This document shows, piece by piece, positions 31,180-39,276 of a DNA stretch of 41,390 nucleotides. Source of the stretch: a bacterium. GTDB lineage: Bacteria; RBG-13-61-14; DATKZS01. Positions within the stretch are counted from its first letter, which is position 1. The number at the start of each line of letters is the position of its first letter. Position numbers and translations under genes: made by a program. The notes under the pieces are model-generated. The model was not told the origin of the DNA. It made no database searches and saw only the letters and a program-made list of their open reading frames with translations. The stretch lies in the NCBI GenBank assembly GCA_046484135.1, contig JAWOBU010000060.1, forward strand, positions 1 through 41,390, read 5' to 3'.

Positions 31180-32346
31180 TTACTTTTTGGGAACCAGGGG
31201 ATTGAGCTGGACCAGGATAGTGGTCTCGTACTCGGTGCCGCTCTCCTGGTCTTTGAACACCACCGGCAGCTTGAGCACTCCGCCCTGTTTGACCTGTGGG
31301 TTTCCCCACCTCGCCAGGACGAGTTGGGAAGGAGGCTTGCCGGCTTGGGCGGCTGCTGTTGCCGGGGGCGTCTGAACCGGCGGAGGCGGAGGAGGAGGCC
31401 CCTGCTGGGCCTGGACCGGCGGTTGTACCGGCGGCGGGGGGGTCGCTTGTTGCTGAGGTGGAGGTTGCTGCTGAGGCGGTGAAGGCGGGGGTTCGGGCGC
31501 CTTCGGCTGCTGAGGCGCACTCTGGGGTGCCGGCGGAGGAGGTTGGGCTTTCTCTTCCGCGGCCGGTGGAGTGGTTTCCTGGCTTGCGGGAGGCGCCGAT
31601 CCCGTGGCCTGTGCGGAAGCCTCGGACTGGACCGGCTGCTCCCCCTCGGCCTCCAGCCGGGATTTCAAGCGGTTGGCTTCCTCCGCCTTCATGGCTATGA
31701 AGTCGTCGCTCAAGCCGTAGGCTTCTTCCGGGCCTTCGTGCTCGGCCTTGGTCTGAAGAGCTTCCCCTTCCCGGAGCTTCTTCAACACCATCTTGGAGAT
31801 GGTGGTGAGGGTCTTGAGCACGTTGGTTCCGCTCAAGGCGGTGGCCTCGAAATGGGGGGCGTTATACTTATTGAGCTGGCGGTGCAGGTCCTCGGCGTTC
31901 AGAATGTCCGGCATGTCCCTCTTGTTGTACTGGAGCACGTGGGGGATGTCCTTTAGACTGCGGCCCTGCTCGGCAAGGTTCTCCTCCAGGTTCTGAAAAC
32001 TCTGGATGTTGTCGTTCTTCATCTTGGTCTGGCTGTCCGCCACGAAAACGATGCCGTCCACGTCCTTTAAAACCTGCTTCCGGATGTTGTTATAAAATAT
32101 CTGGCCCGGCACCGTGTAAAGATAAAAACGGGTGTTGAGTCCCTTGACCTCGCCGAGCTCCACCGGCAGAAAGTCGAAGAACAGGGTCCGGTGGCTCTTG
32201 GTGGACAGGGTCATGAGCTCTCCCCGGTGCTCGGGAACCAGCTTGGTGTAGATGTAGTGGATGTTGGAGGTCTTGCCCGACAAGGCGGGACCGTAGTAGA
32301 CGATCTTGGCGTTGACTTCCTTTTTTTCGTAATCAATTATTGCCAT
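31180..32346 (-). CDS. MglA-family small GTPase with Pro/Gln-rich linker and extra C-terminal domain
   Basis: 'KIVYYGPALSGKTSN', 'RTLFFDFLP', 'LYTVPGQ.FY', 'DGIVFVADSQ', 'QYNKRD'; ~190 aa extension. Confidence 0.9.
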   Translation of the reverse strand: MAIIDYEKKEVNAKIVYYGPALSGKTSNIHYIYTKLVPEHRGELMTLSTKSHRTLFFDFLPVELGEVKGLNTRFYLYTVPGQIFYNNIRKQVLKDVDGIVFVADSQTKMKNDNIQSFQNLEENLAEQGRSLKDIPHVLQYNKRDMPDILNAEDLHRQLNKYNAPHFEATALSGTNVLKTLTTISKMVLKKLREGEALQTKAEHEGPEEAYGLSDDFIAMKAEEANRLKSRLEAEGEQPVQSEASAQATGSAPPASQETTPPAAEEKAQPPPPAPQSAPQQPKAPEPPPSPPQQQPPPQQQATPPPPVQPPVQAQQGPPPPPPPVQTPPATAAAQAGKPPSQLVLARWGNPQVKQGGVLKLPVVFKDQESGTEYETTILVQLNPLVPKK

Positions 32347-32361
32347 AAAGCACTCCGCTTT

Positions 32362-33546
32362 TTAATGCTTGGCCCCCGGTTTGGATTTTTGTTCCTTTCT
32401 CTGTATTATCCGCTTGGCCTGGGTGGCCACCTGGGAGGGAACATTCCTGCTCCGGGCGATGTCCCGCAGGTCCTTGTCCCGCAGGTGGTTCAAAAAGCGC
32501 ATGGCATCGGGCACCGGGGTTTTGGGGTTCACCGCCAGGTTGTACTTCACCTGGTAGCTCTTGGTCCAGTCCCGGTTGCCGGCCACCATCCTTATTACTT
32601 CGTCGGAGAGACTCTTGGACCGGCTGATGCCTTCGACCTCGTTATCCGTAATCTTGGGGCTCTTCAGGACCGACGTGGAAACGATCTTGTTGGCGTCCTT
32701 GATCAGAATAGCCCGGGCCGACTTGCCGCCGGTCATGGCCAGCTTGATCTTCTCCGAGGTCTTCATGTTCATGATCTTCTTGGAAAGGCTCTTCTCGACC
32801 TGTTCCTGTTCCTGCTCATCCTCCACTTTGTGGTCCCGCAGAAGCTCCTGGTCAAAAGTCATGGCCGCCCAGGGAGACTCCTCTCCTTCCGTTACCGCGC
32901 CTATCTCTTCCTCGCCTTCCGTTACCGAGGGGACCTCGATCTCCTCTTCCTCGACCTCTTCCTCGCCGCTCTCCTCTTCTTCGCCGGCTTCCTGCTTTGC
33001 GGAAGCTTCTTCCTTTTGCTTTTTGTCCAGGCGCCTCTGCTCCATCTCCACGAACTTGAGGATGCGGTCCAGTTGGGCCTGGCCCATGTACGGGTTGTCA
33101 GCCAGCTCGTCCACTATGTCCGGACGCCGAAGAATCCGGGCCTGGTTCTGAGAGATGATGTCCACCACCTCTTTCTTGCCGATGCCGGCCTGGTAGACAA
33201 TGGTCTCGTCGTGGGTGGAAGGGTTCAGGGCTATGTCTTCCTGGAGCTTGTTTCCCCCCTCGTGGTTGCGGGCCAGAAAATCCAGGATAAGCGGATGGGT
33301 GTTCTTGTCCGTCGCGATGTTCTTCAGGATGTTACCGGGCATCTTGAGAAGGCTCTGGGAAGCGGTCTGCCGGAGCTCCTCGTCCTCCTCCCGGGTGAGC
33401 GAAAACAACACCTGGGCAAGCTCCTGGGGCGGCAGGGGAAGCATCCCCCGGGCAGCCGTCATCTTGGCCTCTTTTTTTACCTCGGGGCCCGCGAACCTCA
33501 ATAAATGGTCCGGCAGCTTGTACTCCAGATCGGCAAGCTTGGGCAT
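32362..33546 (-). CDS. Conserved hypothetical alpha-helical (LRV/HEAT-like 'NP.T') repeat protein with acidic linker
   Basis: 'AARGMLPL', 'IALNPST', 'LADNPY', Glu-rich linker, 'EKIKLA..G.K.AR.ILIKD.NK.V', 'LAVNPKTP'. Confidence 0.8.
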   Translation of the reverse strand: MPKLADLEYKLPDHLLRFAGPEVKKEAKMTAARGMLPLPPQELAQVLFSLTREEDEELRQTASQSLLKMPGNILKNIATDKNTHPLILDFLARNHEGGNKLQEDIALNPSTHDETIVYQAGIGKKEVVDIISQNQARILRRPDIVDELADNPYMGQAQLDRILKFVEMEQRRLDKKQKEEASAKQEAGEEEESGEEEVEEEEIEVPSVTEGEEEIGAVTEGEESPWAAMTFDQELLRDHKVEDEQEQEQVEKSLSKKIMNMKTSEKIKLAMTGGKSARAILIKDANKIVSTSVLKSPKITDNEVEGISRSKSLSDEVIRMVAGNRDWTKSYQVKYNLAVNPKTPVPDAMRFLNHLRDKDLRDIARSRNVPSQVATQAKRIIQRKEQKSKPGAKH

Positions 33547-33578
33547 CTGCTCATGTCCTTTTGTTTGTGAGAAGCCGT

Positions 33579-34892
33579 TTATTCCCTTACCACGTAAGCG
33601 GACCGGAACCCGTTCCGCCGAAGGTCTTGCTGAGCTTTCCTGGCCTTATAACGGGAGGAAAAATGTCCCACCCGGAGCTGATCAAGGTCCGCCTTCTTCT
33701 TCTCCGACTCGACCTTTACCGGTTGCACGCCGGCTCTCGCCACCTTCCGGCGGGTGGAGTTGGCCACCGACTTGCTCCCGTAGCTGTAGACCAGGACCCG
33801 GTACCCTTGACCGTGTCTTTCCATCCGGGGAGCATAACCCATGTCTTCCAGTTTATCCACGATCTGCCGGGCTTTTTTGCGGGAGAGGTCTTCACCGGCG
33901 TAAACGTTATGTTTCCAGAGCCTTCGATGCTCTTTTACGTAATGGTAATCGTTGTAACCTAGCTCTTTCAACTTGGACTCGGGCTTCTTCTTGCTGGCGT
34001 CCATCATGTAAGAAGCCACCTGCACGGTGTAAGGCCCGCCAGTGGACTTCACCGGCTGGTGTCCCGCCTTGGCAACTTTCTTCTCCGGCTCTTTCGGCTC
34101 GGCGGACTTCTTCTCCGGCTTTTTGGAGGGAGAGTCTGGCTCGGCCTTCTTTGAAGAAGGAGATTTACCGCCACCTGCCGGCTCTTTCTTCTCCTTCTCC
34201 GACTCCTTCTCCGACTCCTTCTTCTTTTTGGTTGCCGCGGCTTTTTTATCAGGGGCTTTTTCTTTTTCTACATCCGTGCCCACGCTGACCGCGGCCTTTT
34301 TCGCCTTCTTGTCAGCGGCTTTCTCAGAGGGCTTCTTCTTTTCTTTTTCCTGATCCTTTTTCTGGTCCCGGTCTTTGTCGGCTGCCGCGGGAATGGTCTT
34401 CTGTGTCAGGGGCTTTCCGCCGTCCCCGAAAAAATAGGTGTAACCCAGAAAGCCCCCCGAGCCTACCACCAGTATGGCCAGTACGCCGATTACAAGAAGG
34501 AGCCAGTTACGGGCGAGAAAACCTCCGCCCTCGGACTCCGTAGCTTCTTCACCCAACTCGGCCTCCGGGGGAGGCTCGGTTCTCTCTTCGGAAAAATCGG
34601 GCTCCGCGGGCGCCGGCCCCGCTTCAGGGGTCTCAGCGGCAAACGGATCAGGCGCCGGAGCTTCTCCTCCCCCGCCGCCGGGAGGAGGCGTCTCCTGCGC
34701 CTGCTGCCGGTCCATGGGAAGAGAATCGTCAGGCTGGGACTCGTCGGTGGACCCGAAAAAATCGTCTATGGAAGGACCGCCGCCTTCCGACTCGCCGGAC
34801 TTCTTCTCGTCACCTCCGAAAAAATCGTCCAGGGAGAACCCGTCGTCGTCGCCTTTTTCATTATCGTCAAAGCTGAAATCATCGTCCGCCAT
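33579..34892 (-). CDS. Single-TM SPOR-domain (peptidoglycan-binding) protein
   Basis: Acidic disordered N-terminus, one TM helix, Lys/Pro-rich linker, 'YTVQVASY', 'LRVGHFSS...A..AQQDL...GF..AYVV'. Confidence 0.85.
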   Translation of the reverse strand: MADDDFSFDDNEKGDDDGFSLDDFFGGDEKKSGESEGGGPSIDDFFGSTDESQPDDSLPMDRQQAQETPPPGGGGGEAPAPDPFAAETPEAGPAPAEPDFSEERTEPPPEAELGEEATESEGGGFLARNWLLLVIGVLAILVVGSGGFLGYTYFFGDGGKPLTQKTIPAAADKDRDQKKDQEKEKKKPSEKAADKKAKKAAVSVGTDVEKEKAPDKKAAATKKKKESEKESEKEKKEPAGGGKSPSSKKAEPDSPSKKPEKKSAEPKEPEKKVAKAGHQPVKSTGGPYTVQVASYMMDASKKKPESKLKELGYNDYHYVKEHRRLWKHNVYAGEDLSRKKARQIVDKLEDMGYAPRMERHGQGYRVLVYSYGSKSVANSTRRKVARAGVQPVKVESEKKKADLDQLRVGHFSSRYKARKAQQDLRRNGFRSAYVVRE

Positions 34893-34981
34893 TCCCGTCC
34901 CTCCTTGGTAGCATGGTTCGCTTTTTCACTTTCCCGCATCCACTCGCGCGTCCGGACTTTATGAACACTTCCGATTATTTT

Positions 34982-35059
34982 ATTTTAGCCTGCAATGCGC
35001 TTTTACGTCAAGCCCGCCTCTTTTTTACTTTTGACATCCGGCGTCCGGCATGATATGAA
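34982..35059. promoter_or_regulatory. Back-to-back sigma70-type promoters
   Basis: Minus strand TTGACG-18 bp-TAAAAT (35011-34982); plus strand TTGACA-17 bp-TATGAA (35031-35059). Confidence 0.55.
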
Positions 35060-35111
35060 GATACGATTGTTGTTAATAGTTGGATAGTGCCTGTTGCGAA
35101 ATTCCGGTTAT

Positions 35112-35260
35112 GGAGTGCGAAAGCAAGCTTCAAGCTTTCAGAAGTTCCGGCTTGCCGGAACTCCCCAAAAGGCGGTCCGTAAGCTGTGAGCCTTTTGTGG
35201 AAAGCGTTTCCGGGAAGCAAGCTTCCCGGCGGCCAAAGCGGCAGCAAGCTGCCGCACTCC
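35112..35260. repeat. REP/REPIN-like multi-hairpin element
   Basis: Bounded by GGAGTGCG...CGCACTCC; internal palindromes TTCCGGC-TT-GCCGGAA, AAAAGGC...GCCTTTT, CCGGGAAGC-AA-GCTTCCCGG, GCGGCAGC-AA-GCTGCCGC. Confidence 0.7.
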
Positions 35261-35282
35261 GATGAATAAAGAGGATGAGCTC

Positions 35283-36452
35283 ATGTGGCGGAGAACCCTC
35301 CCGGCCCTCTCTCTCGTCTTCTTTATTGTTCTTCTTCCGAGCGCCTTGCCGGTCACCCTTTACGAAAAAGAAGACTTCAAGATAAAACTCCACGGCTATG
35401 CCCAGCATTTAGTAAGATCGAGCGAGGACCCCCTGTTCGACTATCACGTAACCGACAACATCTCCCGCCTCCGGATCACCTTCAATATCCTGACCGGAAC
35501 GCCCGATTACGCGGAAGTGAGCCTGGACTCGACCTACAAGTTCGGGAGCGTGCTCGGATCGCATCTTTTCAAGATGTCCAAGGACCTTCCCCCGCCCACT
35601 TATTACAACTGGGAGAAGACCTGTATTGACGAGCCGGGCCGGGCAGATACGGCCGGGTGTCGGTTTACCGGGCCATGTTCATCCTCGAGGAGGACAAGTA
35701 CCGGCTGGTGGCGGGCAGGCAGAGGCTCGCTTATGGCACCGCCCTGTTCTGGAGCCCGGTGGACATCTGGAACCCGGCGAGCCCGCTGGCACTGGAGCCG
35801 GAGCTTAAGACCGGCGTTGACGGCGTCTCCGGGACCTGGTGGGCGACCGACAAGATGACCTTTACCGGTCTGGCCGGGCTGGCCAACGAGTGGGAGGACG
35901 CCAAGGCCGCCCTCAGCATGAGCTATAACATCGAGAGCTACACCCTGGACTTTATGGCAGGCAAATACCGGGAGGACCAGGTTTACGGCTTTGACTTCGT
36001 AGGTTACATAAAGGACGCTGGAGTAAGAGGGGAGTTCACCTACACTGTTACCGAACACGGCGACGACTTTCCCCGCGCGGTCGTGGGAATGGACTATGCT
36101 TGGCCGAGCAGTCTATAATCTTGCGGTCGAGTATTACCACAACGGCGGCACCATGGAGATTGATCCCCGCGCGCCGTTCGACTCGTATCTTCACGCGAGC
36201 GGCGTGGACACCTTGAACAGGAACTTTGCGGGCGCCACTATCCAGTATGACCTGGACCCGCTGATTGCAGGGACCCCGACGGTTCTTTATGATATAGACA
36301 AGGGGAGCCGGATGATCGGGACGTCCCTGGTCTATTACTTCTCCGGTTCGGTAACCGTAAGCGGCGGGGACCAGTTTTACGGCGGGTCCGAGGAAAGCGA
36401 GTTCGGCGGGTACCCGGACCTGGGCCGGTTCAAGTTGAGATGGAACTTTTAG
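35283..36452 (+). pseudogene. Frameshifted outer-membrane beta-barrel-like protein (three consecutive frames)
   Basis: Signal peptide, 'GRQRLAYGTALFWSPVD', 'EYYHNG', C-terminal 'LRWNF'. Frame broken by a CGGGC duplication (35635-35644) and one extra base near 36117. Confidence 0.8.
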
Positions 36453-36483
36453 AAGTCGGCAGTTTTGGAAAGGAGTTTTTAAA

Positions 36484-37596
36484 ATGACGGATATGTTCAC
36501 TCCCGGAAGGATCGGCAACCTGGAGCTCAAAAACCGTGTGGTACGGTCCGCGACCTGGGAGGCTCTGGCCGACGAAGAGGGGCGCGTTACCGGCTCCTTG
36601 ATAGGATACACCCTTGCGCGCATCCGGGGTGAGGTCGGTCTTTACATCATGGGCATCACCGCGGTGTCCCGAAACGGCCTGGGTATGCCCGGCATGACCG
36701 GCATGTTCAATGACGAGCACGTCGAGTCCCACCAGCGCCTGACGGAAGCCGTGCATGAGGAAGGGGGCACGGTGGCCCTTCAGATCGCGCACGTGGGCGC
36801 GCAGGCTTCAGAGGAGTTGCTGGGCACTGAGGCGGTTGCTCCTTCCGCGGTGCTGCATCCTTCCTTTCAGACCATGCCGCGGGCTTTGTCCACTGATGAG
36901 GTCAAACAGATGGTGGAAGCCTTCGGGACAGCCGCCCGCCGGGCCGCACAAGCCGGGTACGACGCGGTCCAGATTCACGCGGCCCACGGCTACTTGTTGG
37001 ACCAGTTCATGTCTCCGCTTTTCAACCAGCGGGAGGACGAGTACGGCGAGCCTTCCCGGTTCCCCCTCGAGGTCTACGACGCAGTGCGGAAAAATGCAGG
37101 CGACCTTCCGGTTTTAGTCAAGCTCAGCCTGGACGATTTTTATCCCGGCTCCACCACGCCGGACGTGGCCTTGCAACTGGCCCGTGATCTGGACCGGCAG
37201 GGCATAGACGCCATCGAGGTCAGCGCCGGCATAATCGCCTCCGGCAAGTACAGCCCCTCCCGGTCCGTAAAAGAGGAGAAGGACGAAGGCTACTTCCTCG
37301 AGCTCACCCGGATGGCGAAAAAGAACGTGTCCTGCCCGGTGATCGCGGTGGGCGGCTTTCGTTCGCCCGAGGTCATAGACCGGGTGCTGGCCGCTGGTGA
37401 CGCGGATTTCGTGTCCATCTCCCGGCCCTTGATCCGGGAGCCCCGGCTGGTAAAGAGGTGGAGCGAAGGAGACCGGGAAAAGCCCAAGTGCATCTCGTGC
37501 AATCGCTGCTTCGGCACTCTCAAGTACGGTGAAGGCATTCAGTGCATGATGGAGCTGAGAGAGCGCCGGAAAGAAGAACAAGAGAAAGAGGAGTGA
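36484..37596 (+). CDS. NADH:flavin oxidoreductase (Old Yellow Enzyme family)
   Basis: 'LKNRVVRSATWE', 'LQIAHVG', 'DAVQIHAAHGYLLDQFMSP..N.R.DEYG', 'SRPLIREP', Cys cluster CISCNRC...C. Confidence 0.95.
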   Translation: MTDMFTPGRIGNLELKNRVVRSATWEALADEEGRVTGSLIGYTLARIRGEVGLYIMGITAVSRNGLGMPGMTGMFNDEHVESHQRLTEAVHEEGGTVALQIAHVGAQASEELLGTEAVAPSAVLHPSFQTMPRALSTDEVKQMVEAFGTAARRAAQAGYDAVQIHAAHGYLLDQFMSPLFNQREDEYGEPSRFPLEVYDAVRKNAGDLPVLVKLSLDDFYPGSTTPDVALQLARDLDRQGIDAIEVSAGIIASGKYSPSRSVKEEKDEGYFLELTRMAKKNVSCPVIAVGGFRSPEVIDRVLAAGDADFVSISRPLIREPRLVKRWSEGDREKPKCISCNRCFGTLKYGEGIQCMMELRERRKEEQEKEE

Positions 37597-39221
37597 AGGA
37601 AGAAAAAAGCCGGAGGAGTCCGCCGGGCATGGTCGTGAGACTCATGCCTTTTGTCCTGCTTCTTGCCGGAGTGATCGCCTTCTGGCCGTACCTGGACGGG
37701 CCGTTTGTCCTGGACGACCGGCACTCCATCGAACAGAACCTCTACATCCGCGAACACGTAAGCCCCCTCTACTTCTTCCGAAACCCGCAAAGCGCGAGCA
37801 TAGTGCCGTCTACCATGACGAGGCCCTTGCTTACCTTCTCTTATGCACTGCACTACTGGTTCAACCTTGATGATCCCCAGAGCTTCCGCCTCGTAAACCT
37901 CTTAATCCACGTCATCAACTCCATCTTTATAATGTTGTTGACCGCGCGCGCAGGAAGGCTTAAAAAAGCCGCGCCCCTGTGCGGAATCATGTTCCTGCTT
38001 CTTCCCCTGAACGCGATCGGTGTGGCTTACATCTCCTGCCGGTCAACCCTTCTGGCCGCGGCCTTCTACCTGGCCGGGCTTTTGCTGTTTGTCCGGGCGT
38101 GGGAAAGCTCGACAAGGCTTTCGAGACGGAGGATGGCACTTACAGCCCTTGGCATCTGTCTTTTTTACGCCGCGGGAATCTTTACCAAGCCCACGGCGTC
38201 CACCCTTCCCGCGGCCGTGATTATCTGGGCCCTTGCTTTTTCTACTTTGCTTCCGTCCGACAAGAAAAGCGCCTCGAACCGCTTCGCTTTTACAGTGGCG
38301 GTTTCACTTGTCGCGGTTTTCTGCCTCTTCCTTGTCTACCGGCAGGTCCATGCCGCGCCGGTCCTGTTCCCGCCCTCCCGGCCGTGGCCGGTCTGGCAGT
38401 ACGCCGCCGCAGAGGTGCGGGCCTTCTTTACCTATATCTCGCTCATGGTCTTTCCCTTAAACCTGTCCCTCGAACACCAGGCATGGATGCCGGAGGCAAC
38501 TTCCGCGCTTTTAAGCGCCCGGTTCCTGCTGCCGGCAGCAACGCTCGGGGTCTTGATTATTGTCGCGGTCCGCTTCCTCCGCAAACTCCCGGAACTCGCC
38601 TTCCCGGCCCTCTTTGCCGTTGTCTGGCTTCTTCCCACCAGCTCGATTGTTCCCTTGAACGTACTGGTAAGCGAGAACCGGCCGTATCTCTCCAGCCTGC
38701 TCATGGTATGGGTCTTCGCGTTTTTCTTTGAAAAGGCGAGAGAGAAACGGCCACGGGCGGCTCCGGCAGTTGCGGCCGCGGTGCTGGTCCTTTTCACGTC
38801 GCTCGTGTGGTCCCGTGCCGCAGTATTCGAAAGCGAGCTTTCGCTTTGGAAGGACACCGTGCGCAAGGCTCCGGCCCTGGCCCGACCGTGGGCCAACCTG
38901 GGCTCTGTCATGCTCTCTTACGGAAGATCAGAAGAAGCCAAAAAGTATTTCCAGCGCGCCCTGGAGATGGACCCCTGCAACCCCTCCGCTCTCAACAACC
39001 TTGGCAACATCGCCATGGAACGAGGCAAGCGGGACCGGGCGGAAAGGCTTTACCGGCGTGCTTTGCGTTGCGACCCTGAAAACACGGCCGCGCTTTTGAA
39101 CTTAAGCCGGCTCCTGGAGTCATCCGGCCGGGAACAGGAAGCGCGGACGTTGCAGGAAAAGATTGAAGCGATCCCCGGCCGCCTGCAATACCTGCGTAAA
39201 AAAGGGCTGGTGCCCGACTGA
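37593..39221 (+). CDS. TMTC-like GT-C membrane protein (putative O-mannosyltransferase) with TPRs
   Basis: 'PFVLDD...I..N', 'RPLL..SY', 'NLLIH..N', 'VAYISCR', 'FP.NLS.EH', 'ENRPYL', 'LWKD...KAP...R...NLG'; GTG overlapping the upstream stop (GTGA). Confidence 0.85.
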   Translation: MKEEKSRRSPPGMVVRLMPFVLLLAGVIAFWPYLDGPFVLDDRHSIEQNLYIREHVSPLYFFRNPQSASIVPSTMTRPLLTFSYALHYWFNLDDPQSFRLVNLLIHVINSIFIMLLTARAGRLKKAAPLCGIMFLLLPLNAIGVAYISCRSTLLAAAFYLAGLLLFVRAWESSTRLSRRRMALTALGICLFYAAGIFTKPTASTLPAAVIIWALAFSTLLPSDKKSASNRFAFTVAVSLVAVFCLFLVYRQVHAAPVLFPPSRPWPVWQYAAAEVRAFFTYISLMVFPLNLSLEHQAWMPEATSALLSARFLLPAATLGVLIIVAVRFLRKLPELAFPALFAVVWLLPTSSIVPLNVLVSENRPYLSSLLMVWVFAFFFEKAREKRPRAAPAVAAAVLVLFTSLVWSRAAVFESELSLWKDTVRKAPALARPWANLGSVMLSYGRSEEAKKYFQRALEMDPCNPSALNNLGNIAMERGKRDRAERLYRRALRCDPENTAALLNLSRLLESSGREQEARTLQEKIEAIPGRLQYLRKKGLVPD

Positions 39222-39224
39222 ACA

Positions 39225-39250
39225 TGGCAGGAGGAAACTCTCTCCTGCCA
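39225..39250. terminator. Hairpin between convergent genes (likely bidirectional terminator)
   Basis: TGGCAGGAG / CTCCTGCCA 9-bp stem. Confidence 0.55.
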
Positions 39251-39276
39251 AGCCCGCCACTTTTTGGACACAAGGC

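Noticed and set aside
32191..34911. Long plus-strand ORFs (437, 362, 145 aa)
   Set aside because: Antisense shadows of the minus-strand genes, expected at high GC3.
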